64,000 bases of DNA, taken from Mobula hypostoma (Eukaryota). The stretch's first letter is position 1. Every line of letters begins with the position of its first letter. The DNA is taken from the NCBI RefSeq assembly GCF_963921235.1, contig NW_026948145.1:558001-622000 (forward strand), written 5' to 3'. Below are positions 1 through 13,100 of the stretch, piece by piece. A program made the position numbers and the translations under genes. The notes beneath the pieces were generated by a model. It was not told the DNA's origin and searched no databases. It saw nothing but the letters and a program-made list of their open reading frames with translations.

Positions 1-125
1 TGTTGATCATTTCCTGATGAGAAGACAGGTGTATGGGGTTGAGTGGGATCCGGGATCAGCCATGATGGAATGGCGGAGCAGACTCGATGGGCTGAATGGC
101 CTAATTCTGTTCCTATGTCCTATGA
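1..125 (+). mobile_element. 3' end of a CR1-type LINE (or CR1-tailed SINE)
   Basis: GATCAGCCATGATGGAATGGCGGAGCAGACTCGATGGGCTGAATGGCCTAATTCTG..CCTATG resembles the 3' tails of the CR1 copies ending at about 28500 and 63920. Confidence 0.7.
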
Positions 126-126
126 T

Positions 127-2350
127 GGCACAGACAATGCTGTAGAGAATGCAGATGGAGATTTAACAGACTTGCCTGAACAAAAATGATCACAAGTGCA
201 AAGACAATATGGAAGTACCAGTCTTAAAACAGGACAAACTGTGAGACTTGCAGACCAGGACACTGGTATCTCATACAAAGCTGAAGTCTTAGGACGAACA
301 GGCAAAGCCACTGGGAGAAACTAAAGTCAGTACAACTAGAATTACCTAGAAGCAGTCATGGTCGCTTGTACTACAGGGTTAGTCAACATATCACGTATAG
401 ACAGACTTTATATTGAACCAAGTAAAGATCAGGCTGGCCCATCTGAGAAATGTCAGGATGAAGATGTCCTAGTAACTAACGACATATGCCGTTTGAATCT
501 ACAACACAGGATGAAATCAGTTGGAGAAATAATGGAGTGTTTGTGGAAGTCAGAAGTGTTGGCCAAAAGACGTGTTTACAAGATAGGTGTGCACTCTGAA
601 AGAAAGCCTGACAGGAACTGTATCAAAAGCAGCCTGGAGGCTAGAGGTTTTAAGGAACTGAAAAGAAAAGAACTCTAAAAAGACTCATCAACATGTGCAT
701 CAGAGTCTGTCCAACTACTTCTGACAGTGATATGTCAAAAGCACTGACAACTCCAGTGAACAGACATTCTTACAGGGAATGCAACTGTCATGTGACATTT
801 ACATTAAACCCCCGCGTGAAGCCAGAAGTGAAGGAACACTGTGGAAACTCTAAAAGTGTGTGTAGGGTCTAGCAGATGCATCACTCTACTGGCATAAAAA
901 GTTCAAGCAAGTGATGTTGTAAACAGGTGGAAAGATGTCACAAGTGTATCCAGCTGTTTTTTTATACTGACAAGATGCAGAAGGTGTACTTGCCTGTCTT
1001 CATATAAGCAGGTTTCTCAAAACTTTCCCACAACAGTTATCCCTTAGCTAAAGTCAGCCTTTCAGGCTGGATGCGAGGAACATGACAGATACTGCTATGT
1101 AGGGATAGACATCCTTGCCTTGCTGTTGATGGAACAGCACAACTGCACCGAGAAAGCTACATCAGGAATCTTCAGGCAATCCACGTGGAATCCTCACGTG
1201 TCACACAATGGGACGCACCCCTCAGTGAAGCTGAAGCGGACCAACTTGAGCCAAAGATAAGTCAGATTCTATAGATGGCAAGGCAGGGCAGACCTGATAT
1301 CATGTTTGACGCTTGCAAACTTGACATCCAGCACAAAGAAATGCCACAGTACAAACTTTAGATGAGGCAGACACGACAGTGTGCAGAATTCAATCTGAAA
1401 AAGTAGCCCTGCAGTTTCAACAGCTTGGAAAAGATAGCTCGCTGAGGCTCCTTATCTTCGGTGATGCCTCACATGGTAATGTCCCTGATGGAAGGACTCC
1501 ATTTGATTGTACTGCTGGGAGAAGAGAGAAGATTTTCACACCTCTGTTGGCAATCAAAAAGGATCTGAGGGGTTGTATGGAGTACGCAGGCAGGAGAAAC
1601 CCTTGCAATGTCTGAAGGTATTGACAATACTGTTTTTCTGGCCACACTCTATTCCGAGCTTTTCCATGGTGACCCAAAGGGCAGTCAACAAATAACTTGT
1701 GTCACAAACAACTGGTCTTTGGTTGATGCCATCAAATCCACCAAGTCAGTTACAGAGGAGAGGCTTCATCTAGTGATAAGATCTTGTCCAAGCACAGAAA
1801 ATTTATCACGTGCTGTGGTCAACTAGAAAGGAACAACTAGCTGACAGTCTGACAGAGAAGGGAGCTCCAGCTCTTGTGCTGCTAAAGGCCTTTCGTGAAG
1901 GCATTTGGTACCTTAAGAACTGTATCAACGTCAAGAGTTAGAACCAATCCCCGTATCCTAATGGACATTTGAGTTGATATATATATGTATTTTTTTTATT
2001 TTTGTAGTACTGTGAAAGCATTAAGTGAGGGTATAGAGAATCTTAAGAAATTTATTAAGCCTAACAAGAAGAGTTAAAAGTAATACATCTAAACCAATGG
2101 ACATTTAAGATTATTTTATGTACATAAAGAGGATGGGAGATTGTTGAGTTATGTTCATTTGGGTTATGTCGACATTTAGTTATGATGTTCACTTTCCCTG
2201 TTATGGGCATGTGCATGAAAGTGGTGGGAGGATGGTTGGTAAGAAAATGGCAGCCTAATGTACAAAATTTGAACGGAGAGAGTAAAGTTGAAGAAACAAA
2301 AGAAAATCTTGCCTTTGTTGTTTGAATGTTAATGAGAACCTCGCCATGTA
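127..2350 (+). mobile_element. Degenerate Ty1/copia LTR retrotransposon: RT and RNase H remnants, polypurine tract and probable 3' LTR
   Basis: Frameshifted copia-like motifs: SLEARGF, LWKL*KCV*GLADASLYW, IFGDASHGN, NNWSLVDAIKSTKSVTEERL, QLADSLTEKG. Purine tract AAAGAGGATGGGAGA (about 2126-2140) is followed by TGTTG at 2142. The LTR end is uncertain. Confidence 0.7.
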
Positions 2351-3430
2351 GTGGTACTAGGTGTCCATGGATTTAGGTTCCACACACAACCTGATGCAGC
2401 TACATACAAAGGTGATTATCAGGATGAGGGTGACATTAGGTATGGATTTGCTCCCATTGTCCAGCGAGTTGTGCGTTGTGACCCATCTGACCCACTCCAT
2501 CTTCAATCCCCAGATGAACCTGAAGATGTCTCGGGTGATTCCCAAGCTGGAGAAGTGGGTAGAAGGGCCACACCTGCACCTAGTACTGCAGTGGAGAGCT
2601 GATGGCCAGGTTCTTCCCAGTTATCCAGAGGGAAATCCCAATTTTTGATCCCCAGCACCTTCACGTAATTGGACCTGACAGATAAAAGGACACTGGGTGG
2701 GTCGGGCCAGTTGCTGAAGAGTGTGGCTTTTCTGATGGCAATTTGAACTGGTTGCAGATCTATCTATGGACTGGCCTCCGATCCGAGCAGGAGACATTGA
2801 CATCGACCATGTACAGGGAGGTTTTCACCTGGGTCCCCCCCCATTGCCCAGCAGCATCACCCCTCTTACGCTCTCGTCCTTCGACAAAGAGTTCTATACA
2901 GCACACAAACAAGGCAGGGGAGAGAGGGCAGCCCTGCCTGACTCGAGACTTGAAGGGGAAGCTATCTCCCAACCATTGATTTGGACTGCAATATAGATCT
3001 CTGTGGAGAGCTGCTGGATCCAATTTCTGATTCCCTCCCCAAGACCCATTTTGGAGTGTCCATCATACGTATACCTGTGTAGCATGCTGTCAAAGGCTTT
3101 TTCCTGCTCCGAAGATGACCAGCCGGGCATCCACTCCTCTGACCCGCGTGCAGGCGATGGTATCCGTGAGCAGCACGAGGCTGTCAAAGAGCTTCCTGCC
3201 AGGTACAGCATAGGTTTGGTCCAGGTGGGTCACCTGTCCTACAACAGACCTGACTCTGTTGGCAGTGGTCTTGGATAGCATACTGTAATCTACATTCAGC
3301 AGTGAAATGGGTCTCCAATTCCTGATGTCATTTCTCTCCCGCTTCTACTTGTAGACGAGGGTAAGGATGCCCTTCCTCATGGAGTGACATGCTGCCAGCC
3401 AGAAGCATAGCATTGTACACTTCCAGTAGG
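2350..3430 (-). mobile_element. Degenerate L1/Tx1-clade LINE reverse transcriptase fragment
   Basis: Minus-strand ORF pieces: NVDYSMLSKTTANRVRSVVGQVTHLDQTYAVPGR, EQEKAFD, RQGCPLSPALF, SLYMVDV. Confidence 0.8.
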
Positions 3431-3899
3431 TCTGGAATGAGGACATGCTTGTTTGAGACCGATCTGAGGGGGGAAAACAGTTCTGTGGAATTGTAAATCT
3501 CTCAGCTCAGGGCACAGTGCGGAAGGTAGAACTGGCGACCAAACCAGCTAGAATACCCCTTCAACCAAATGGCCTCCCCTCTACTCCCTTCTTCACAGCG
3601 GCCAGTATATCTCCAGACCCCCTCCCCCCATGTCTCAGTGACAACCCTCACTCTGCCCACATCGATGATGCTGTTCTCTCTCCCTCATGCTCCACATGAA
3701 CCAGCTGGACGAGCCCCAGAGTCCCAGCTGCCTGTACCTGACCCAAGCCTCCTGCTTTTCAACCAGAGCATCAATAATTTTCGTCTCCCTCGGTTCCCCC
3801 AGTAATGCCCGCCTTGCCTTTCAGTGCAGATCTCCAGGTCCCACTGTTCAAAGCCTCCCTTTGCCCACAAACAATCTATTTTGCGGGGGGGGGGGATAC

Positions 3900-4100
3900 T
3901 GGTGGGATTAACCCTCTCACCCCGGACCGGACGCCCCGTCCCCGAGCACACGGGACCAATTCCCCGGCAGAGTGCGAACATCCCGCCGCCATCCCCAGGA
4001 GAAGCGCGCAGAGTCTCGGCGACACTGCCGTAAAGCAGCGACGCGTCTTCCAGGGGAACGGTTGCCGGGCAACGAGAGCGGCTGCGGGAAATGCAGGTGA
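3900..4100. promoter_or_regulatory. CpG-rich promoter of KLHDC9 with a perfect RFX X-box (GTTGCCGGGCAAC, 4061-4073)
   Basis: Local CpG enrichment; palindromic GTTGCC-G-GGCAAC matches the GTNRCC(N0-3)RGYAAC consensus, ending 17 nt before the candidate ATG. Confidence 0.7.
4091..4096 (+). CDS. KLHDC9: Candidate KLHDC9 first coding exon (ATG CAG | gtgaaa)
   Basis: Phase-0 donor fits the phase-0 acceptor at 15770; exon 2 has no in-frame ATG before the conserved region; lies in a CpG-rich X-box promoter. Assembly gaps downstream could hide an alternative exon. Confidence 0.55.
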
Positions 4101-7100
4101 AACTTCGAGAGAGAGACAGAGGGGGAGAGAGGAGGGGAGATGGAGAACGGGAGGGGGGAGAAAGGGAGGGAAGGGGAGGGGGAGAAAGGGAGGGAAGGGG
4201 AGGGGGAGAAAGGGAGGGAAGGGGAGGGGGAGAAAGGGAGGGAAGGGGAGGGGGAGAAAGGGAGGGAAGGGGAGAAAGGGAGGGAAGGGGAGAAAGGGAG
4301 GGAANNNNNNNNNNNNNNNNNNNNNNNNNNNNNNNNNNNNNNNNNNNNNNNNNNNNNNNNNNNNNNNNNNNNNNNNNNNNNNNNNNNNNNNNNNNNNNNN
4401 NNNNNNNNNNNNNNNNNNNNNNNNNNNNNNNNNNNNNNNNNNNNNNNNNNNNNNNNNNNNNNNNNNNNNNNNNNNNNNNNNNNNNNNNNNNNNNNNNNNN
4501 NNNNNNNNNNNNNNNNNNNNNNNNNNNNNNNNNNNNNNNNNNNNNNNNNNNNNNNNNNNNNNNNNNNNNNNNNNNNNNNNNNNNNNNNNNNNNNNNNNNN
4601 NNNNNNNNNNNNNNNNNNNNNNNNNNNNNNNNNNNNNNNNNNNNNNNNNNNNNNNNNNNNNNNNNNNNNNNNNNNNNNNNNNNNNNNNNNNNNNNNNNNN
4701 NNNNNNNNNNNNNNNNNNNNNNNNNNNNNNNNNNNNNNNNNNNNNNNNNNNNNNNNNNNNNNNNNNNNNNNNNNNNNNNNNNNNNNNNNNNNNNNNNNNN
4801 NNNNNNNNNNNNNNNNNNNNNNNNNNNNNNNNNNNNNNNNNNNNNNNNNNNNNNNNNNNNNNNNNNNNNNNNNNNNNNNNNNNNNNNNNNNNNNNNNNNN
4901 NNNNNNNNNNNNNNNNNNNNNNNNNNNNNNNNNNNNNNNNNNNNNNNNNNNNNNNNNNNNNNNNNNNNNNNNNNNNNNNNNNNNNNNNNNNNNNNNNNNN
5001 NNNNNNNNNNNNNNNNNNNNNNNNNNNNNNNNNNNNNNNNNNNNNNNNNNNNNNNNNNNNNNNNNNNNNNNNNNNNNNNNNNNNNNNNNNNNNNNNNNNN
5101 NNNNNNNNNNNNNNNNNNNNNNNNNNNNNNNNNNNNNNNNNNNNNNNNNNNNNNNNNNNNNNNNNNNNNNNNNNNNNNNNNNNNNNNNNNNNNNNNNNNN
5201 NNGGGGAGGGGGGGATGGAGGGGGGAGGGAAGGNNNNNNNNNNNNNNNNNNNNNNNNNNNNNNNNNNNNNNNNNNNNNNNNNNNNNNNNNNNNNNNNNNN
5301 NNNNNNNNNNNNNNNNNNNNNNNNNNNNNNNNNNNNNNNNNNNNNNNNNNNNNNNNNNNNNNNNNNNNNNNNNNNNNNNNNNNNNNNNNNNNNNNNNNNN
5401 NNNNNNNNNNNNNNNNNNNNNNNNNNNNNNNNNNNNNNNNNNNNNNNNNNNNNNNNNNNNNNNNNNNNNNNNNNNNNNNNNNNNNNNNGAGAGAGAGAGG
5501 GAGCAGGAGATGGACAGAGGGAGGGGATGGAGAGAGGGAGGGAGGGGAGAGAGGGAGGGGGATGGAGGGAGGGGAGGGGAGATGGAGAGAGGGAGGGAGG
5601 AACAGATGGAGAGAAAAGGAGCAGGAGATGGAGAGAGGGAGGGAGCGGAGAGAAGGAGGGAGGGGAGGGAGAGGAGAGANNNNNNNNNNNNNNNNNNNNN
5701 NNNNNNNNNNNNNNNNNNNNNNNNNNNNNNNNNNNNNNNNNNNNNNNNNNNNNNNNNNNNNNNNNNNNNNNNNNNNNNNNNNNNNNNNNNNNNNNNNNNN
5801 NNNNNNNNNNNNNNNNNNNNNNNGAGGGAGGGAGGGGGGATGGAGAGAAGGAGGGAGGGGAGAGAGGGAGGGGGATGGAGAGAGTGATGGAGGGAGGAAC
5901 AGATGGAGAAAGAGGGAGAGGAGATGGAGAGAAGGAGGGTGGGAGAGATGGAGAGAGTGAGGGAGGAGGAGATGGAGGGAAGGTCGATGGAGAAAGGGAT
6001 GGAGGGAGGGAGGGGGATGGAGAGAGGGTGGGAGGGAGGGAAAATAGATTAGATTATGAGGACACGCAGTCCTCTTTTATTATCATTTAGTAATTCATGC
6101 ATTAAGAAATGATACAATATTCCTCCGGTGTGATATGACAGAAACAGAGGACAGATCAAGACTGAAAAACTGACAAAAACCACATAATTATAACATATAG
6201 TTACAACAGTGCAACAATACCGTAACTTGATGAAGAACAGTCCATGGGCACAGTAAAAAAAGGGAGGGAGGGGGGATGGAGAGGGGGAGCCGGAGATGGG
6301 GAGGGAGAGGTGAGATGGAGAGGGTGGGACGGTTCGGGAAGAGGAGGGGAGGGAGAGGTGAGATGGAGAGGGTGGGACGGTTCGGGAAGAGTGGGAGAGG
6401 GGGGGATGAGGCTGGATATCGGAAAGGGAAGAATAGAATGTGAGAATGAAGTGTTACGTACCCCATAACTGGATTGCCAAACCAGAAGAAATGGATCACT
6501 CAGTTGGAGTCTGGATTACTGGAACTAAGAAAGTTTTATTAAAGAAATAAGCAACACAGTACTCTAATCAAAAGGATAATAAGTACAACAGTTCAGCAAT
6601 GATAAACACACATGTACACAGATCTAGGATAATAGGATCAATCAAGCTCTAATCGTCGTCTAGGGGTAAATGACCAGTTTCAAAGTGACACAAAGTTCAG
6701 TTCGCAGTAATCGCTGTCGCCATGGGAGAGAGAGAGAGAGAGAGCGCGAATGAATATTCAAATCGGATTCCAAGCAGACCTTCGATATTCCTCACAGTCA
6801 GCTTTTGGGCGAGCCCTTTGTAATGTCTTCTGAGGTCACCGACTGTGACCCCTCCGTTTCAGATACGATTGTTCCTCTGCAGTGAACCTGGCACCCAGGC
6901 AAGGGCAGACATACACCAGGTTCCCGCCGATCGTACCTTTCCACCCTGTGCATCTATGGCTTGGTCCCGCGACCAGCCCTCCAAAAACTCCCACCGACTT
7001 GTGGGAGGTGCACCGCTTCCAGGGTCTCGTTACCTCGTGGTGTCGTGTGTGTCCTGCCTTAGCGAACCTGTCCCTTTTTATCCCCCTGCTGGGGTATCGC

Positions 7101-10100
7101 CTGTCCATCACACTTCGAACAGTTCAGGGATCAAACAGGAGCCGATCTTCTCAGTTCTGAGATCTTCTCAGTTCTCAGTTCTCCTTCCGTTAAACTCTCT
7201 CGTCTCTTCATGAACATTTCCAAATGCTGCTCCATTGTCTTCCTTATCTCTCTTTCTCCTGAAGACAGGTGGCAGATCAACTGTTGATCCCACTGGTGCC
7301 AGCACAGGACAATTAACATCTTAGTCTATGTGTACTTTTTGTAACCCTCTTTCGTCACAGAAGCTGGGTGGTTGGGTGGTTGGGTGGCAGGGGAAAGGGA
7401 CACAATGTTGCATGAATCTTCTTTAAACTTTCTCCCTCACTCTTTAAACCTATGCCCTACTTTCTAGCACTTCCAACCTGGAATAAAGGTTCTGACCTTA
7501 TCTACATTTCTCTCAGGTCTCTCCTCAGCCTTCAGCATTCCAGAGAGAAAAAAATAAACACATGTTGGTCCAGGTTCCCCTTATACTGGCATTGGTTTAT
7601 TCTTGTCACTTGTACAGTGATACAGTGAAAAGCTTGTCTTGCACTCTGTTCATACAGATCAGATCATTACACGGAGCACTGAGGTAGAACAGTAACAATG
7701 CAGAATCTCGGGGCTGTCCAGTATGAGTTTGTACATTCTCCCTGTGACCGTGAGGATCTTCTCCGGTTTTCTCACACATTCCAAAGACATATGGGTTAGC
7801 AGCTTAATTAGTCATTGGGTGGCACGGACTTGTTGGGTTGGGAGGGTCTGTTAGCATGCTGTATCACTAAAATAAAATAAAAGTCTCAAAGTTAGAGAAT
7901 TTAGATTTAGAAGAATAATTGATTTATAAGCATCATGAACAAAGCGGATGACCTTAGAGAGTCCATCAGTATTTGGAGCTATGATGTTGTGGCATGGCTC
8001 AGGGGCAGGAATGGTTACTCAGAGTGCCAGGCTTTAGATGTTTCAGAAAGGACAGGGAGGGAGGCGAGAGAGGTGGGGGTGTGGAACTGTTGATCAGAGA
8101 TAGTGTCACAGCTGCAGAAAAGGAGGAAATCATGGAGGGATTGTCTACGGAGTCTCTGTGGGTGGAAGTTAGAAACAGGAAGGGATCAATAACTCTACTG
8201 GGTGTTTTTTATCGACCACCCAATAGTAACAGGGACATTGAGGAGCAGATAGGGAGATAGATTCCAGAAACGTGTAATAATAACAGGGTTGTCGTGGTGG
8301 CAGATTCTAATTTCCCAAATATTGATTGGTATCTCCCTGGAACAAGGGGTTTAGATGGGGTAGAGTTTGTTAGGTGTGTTCAGGAAGCTTTCCTGACATA
8401 ATATGTAGATAAGCTGATAAGAGGAGAGACTGTACTTGATCTGGTTTTGGGAAATGAACCTGGTCAGATGTTAGGTCTCTCAGTGGGACAGCAGTTTGGA
8501 GATAGAAATCACAATTCTATCTCCTTTACCATAGCGTTGGAGAGAGATAGGAACAGACAAGTTAGGAAAGTGTTTAACTGGAGTACGGGGAAATATGAAG
8601 CTATCAGGCAGGAACTTGGAAGCATAAATTGGGAACAGATGTTCTCAGGGAAATGTACGGCAGAAATGTGGCAAATGTTCAGGGGATATTTGCGTGGTGT
8701 TCTACATAGGTATGTTCCAATGAGACAGAGAAAGGATGGTAGGATACAGGAACTGAGGTGTACAAAGGCTGTTGAAAATCTAGTCAAAAAGAAAAGAAAA
8801 GCTTACGAAAGGTTCAAAAAGCTAGGCGATGATAGAAATCTAGAAGATTATACTGTAAGGCTAACAGGAAGGAGCTTAAGAATGAAATTAGAAGAGCCAG
8901 AAGGGGCCATGAGAAGGCCTTGGCGAGTAGGATCAAACCCCAAGGCATTCTGCAAGTATGTTAAAAGCAAGAGGATAAGACGTGAGGGAATAGGACCAAT
9001 GTGTGACAGTGGAAAAGTGTGTATGGAACCGGAGGAGATTGCAGAGGTATTTCATGAATACTTTGCTTCAGTATTCACTATGGAAAAGGATCTTGGCGAT
9101 TATAGGGATGACTTACAGCAGATTGAAAAGCTTGAGCATGTAGATATTAAGAAAGAGGATGTGCTGGAGCTTTTGGAAAGCATCAAGTTGGATAAGTCAC
9201 GGGGACCGGATGAGATGTGCTCCAGGCTACTGTGGGAGGCGAGGGAGGAGATTGCTGAGCCTCTGGCAATGATCTTTGCATCATCAATGTGGACAGGAGA
9301 GGTTCTGGAGGATTGGAGAGTTGCAGATGTTGTTCCATTATTCAAGAAAGGGAGTAGAGATAGCCCAGGAAATTATAGACAAGTGAGTCTTACTTCAGTG
9401 GTTGGTAAATTGATGGAAAAGATCCTGAGAGGCAGGATTTATGAACATTTGGAGAGGCATAATATATCAGGAATAGTCAGCATGACTTTGTCAAAGGCAG
9501 GTAGTGCTTTACGAGCCTGACTGAATTTTTTGAGGATGTGACTAAACACGTTGATGAAGGTAGAGCAGTAGATGTAGAGTATATAGATTTCAGCAAGGCA
9601 TTTGATAAGGTATCCCATGCAAGGCTCATTGAGAAAGTAAGGAGGCATGGGATCCAAGGGACATTGCTTTGTGAATCCAGAACTGGCTTGCCCACAGAAG
9701 GTGAAGAGTGGTTGTAGACAGGTCATTTTCTGCATGGAGGTTGGTCACCAGTGGTGTGCCTCAGGGATCTGTACTGGGACCCCTACACTTCCTGATTTTT
9801 ATAAATGACCTGGATGAGGAAGTGGAGGGATGGGTTAGTAAATTTGCTGATGAGACAAAGGTCGGGTGTGTTGTGGATAGTGTGGAGGGCTGTCAGAGGT
9901 TACAGCGGGACATCAATAGGATGCAAAACTGGGCTGAGAAGTGGCAGATGGAGTTCAATTAAGATAAGTGTGAGGTGGTTCATTTTGGTAGGTCAAATAT
10001 GATGGCAGAATGTGGTATTAATGGTAAGACTCTTGGCAGTGTGGAGGATCAGAGGGATCTTGGGGTCCGAGTTCATAGGACACTCAAAGCTGCTGCGCAG

Positions 10101-13100
10101 GTTGACTCTGTGGATAAGAAGGCATCTGATGTATTGGCCTTCATCACTGTGGGATTGAGTGTAACACAGTGTTACACTAGTAACACTGGTCAGACCACAC
10201 TTGGAGTACTGTGCTCAGTTCTGGTCACCTCACTACAGGAAGGATGTGGAAACTGTAGAAAGGGTGCAGAGGAGATTTACAAGGATGTTGCCTGGATTGG
10301 CAAGCATGCCTTATGAGAATAGGTTGAGTGAACTTGGTCTTTTTGCCCTGGAGCGACAGAGGATGAGAGGTGACCTGATAGAGGTGTATAAGATGATGAG
10401 AGGCATTGATTGTGTGGATAGTCAGAGGCTTCTTCCCAGGGCTGAAATTGTTATCGTGAGAGGGCACAGTTTTAAGGTGCCTGGAAGTAGCTAGCAAGGA
10501 GATGTCAGGGGTAAGTTTTTTTACACAGAAGGTGGTGAGTGCGTGGATTGGGCTGCCGGCGATGGTGGTGGAGGTGGATACAATAGGGTCTTTTAAGAGT
10601 CTCCTGGACAGGTACATGGAGCTTCGAAAAATAGAGGGCTATGGGTAACCCTCGGTGATTTCTAAAGTAAGTACATGTTCGGCACAGCATTGTGGGCCAA
10701 AGGGCCTGTATTGTGCTGTAGATTTTCTATGTTTCTATAACAGAAGTAACACGTTATCTGCAGGGATCAGCTTGTGCGTTGTCACACTTCAGCACCATCA
10801 ACATCCAGGTGAACCTCTTCTGCACCCTCTCCAAAGCATCCACATCCTGTAACAGGGTGTCCAGAATGGCACACAATACACGTATATAGCCTAGTCAAAG
10901 CTTTATACAACTTGCACCATTAGAATGGAAACAGAAGAGCCTGCAGGTGTTGGAAATCTGGGACTGCGTACACAATGCTGGAGGAACTCAGCAGGCCAGG
11001 CAACATCTATGGAGGGGAATAAACAGTCAACATTTCAGGCTGAGACCCTTCATCTGAACTGGAAAGTGATATATACTAAAAGCGATGGGAGGAAGATGGA
11101 GAGGACGGTAGACCATTGAATGTGTAGGTGATGAGCAGATCAAGAGGCTGGTGGGGGAGTAGAGGTGGGATGATACAGGGTGATCAGATATGGAAAAAAA
11201 AGGGACGGGGTGAGCAGTTACTGGAAGTTAGAGGAAATGATGTGCACGGTGCGCTGCTGGAGATGAGCAGAACACAATATGAGGTGCTGCTTTGCTGATC
11301 TGTGTCTGGCCTCTACGTGGCAGTAGAGAGCCTTTGGACAGGCATCTGTCCCTGTGGGAATGGGAAGTGTAACTGAGTGGTCAATCACTACTGTAGCGTG
11401 CCGTATCACTAAAATAAAATAAAAGTGGGAATGTGGGAAATTACGACCAGTAAGGTGGATGAATGTACTCACCAACGTAGAAGAGGCTGTGTGAGAGCAG
11501 TGGACACAGTAAATCATATTTTAATAAGTAATATATATTTTGATAAATTAACCGTTTAATTGCATCCAGTGCTCCTTCCCTTTATTTTATGGTCCACTGT
11601 CCTGTCTTATCGGATTCCACCTTGTCAGCCCTTTGTTCTTTCCTCCTATCAGCTCGCAACTTCAGACATTATCCCTACTCTCCGTCCCCCACCTCACCTG
11701 GATCCGCCATCTGCTGCTCGTGTCTTCTCCAACCCTTCCCTCTACTTTTTTATGCTGGCCATCTCCCCTCTTTTTTACTCCAGTCATGATGGGTCTCAAA
11801 CTGAAATCAACACTCTCTGAAGAGTTCATCCAGCACTTATAGAGTCAACACATAAACTGGCCCTTCGGCCCATCTAGTCCATGCCAAACCATTTAAACTG
11901 CCCTCCATACCCCTGCCATCCCTGTACCTATCCAAACTGTTGTTAAACACCGAAATGAAGCTGGCATGCACCACTTATGCTGGCAGCTCGCTCCACACTG
12001 CCACTGCCCTGAGTGAAGAAGTTTCCCCTCGCATACCACGTCAACCTTTCACCTTTATTCACTTCGTGTTACAATTTGATTTTTAGCTTAATGCCCCAAC
12101 CAACCAATGCTGTAAGCCAATTTTACCACCTCTCCATGTGTTGCTATTTAATAATTAATTGGTTTACTATTGGCATGTACTGAGGTGCAGTGACATTTTT
12201 GTTTTGTATGCTATCCATGGTTCATTTCATTACATCAGTGCGTGATATAGTATGAGTGAAAACAAGAACAGAATGCAGAATAAAGTGTTGCAGTTCCAGA
12301 AAAAGTGCAGTGCAGGCTGACGATAACTTGCGAGGGCCATAACGCAGCAGATGGTGAGGTCAAGAATAGCCTAGCATACCAAGGAAGTAGAAGCCACCCT
12401 TGAGCTCGGTGGTACGTACCATCAGGCTTTTACCTCTTCTGCCCAGTGGGACCGGGGAGAAGAGAGGATGTTCAGGGTCATATTGGCAGAGAGGTATAGA
12501 AAGAGTCATGTGCAGAGTGGTTGCTATGCCAAGCCTTGATGCCTCGAGATAGGATGCTTTCTAGAAAAAATGGTGAGGGTCATTGGGTATCTGCCAAGTG
12601 TATTCAGCCTCATAAGGAAGAGGAGAAGCTGGTGAGTTTTCAACAAGCAATGGAATTTCACCACAACTTCCCTCTGCACATCAAAGCTCCTGTCATACGC
12701 AGTGTATTTTGCTCCAGAATCAAATGTAAAAGCAAAGTGTTATCATTTCAGAGGACCTGTCCAGAATATAAGTACAATTAGAAAGAAAGCATCTCTACTT
12801 CCTTAGGAGTTTGCGAAAATTCGGCATGACATCTAGAACTTTGATAAACTGCTATAGATGTGCAGTGAGTATATAGACTGGCTGCATCACAGCCTGGTAT
12901 GGAAACACCAACGCCCTTGAACAGACAATCCTATAAAAGGTAGTGGATACGGCCCAGTCCATCACAGGTAAAGGCCTCCCCATTTCTGAGCATATTTAAA
13001 TGAAATGTCACAGGAAAGCAGCATCCATCATCAGGGATGCCCACCACCAAGAATATTCTCTCATCTTGTTGTTGCCATCAGGAAGAAGGTACAGCAGCCT

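Noticed and set aside
3805-6090. ORFs of 598-761 aa
   Set aside because: Artefacts of N runs and stop-free GA-rich repeats
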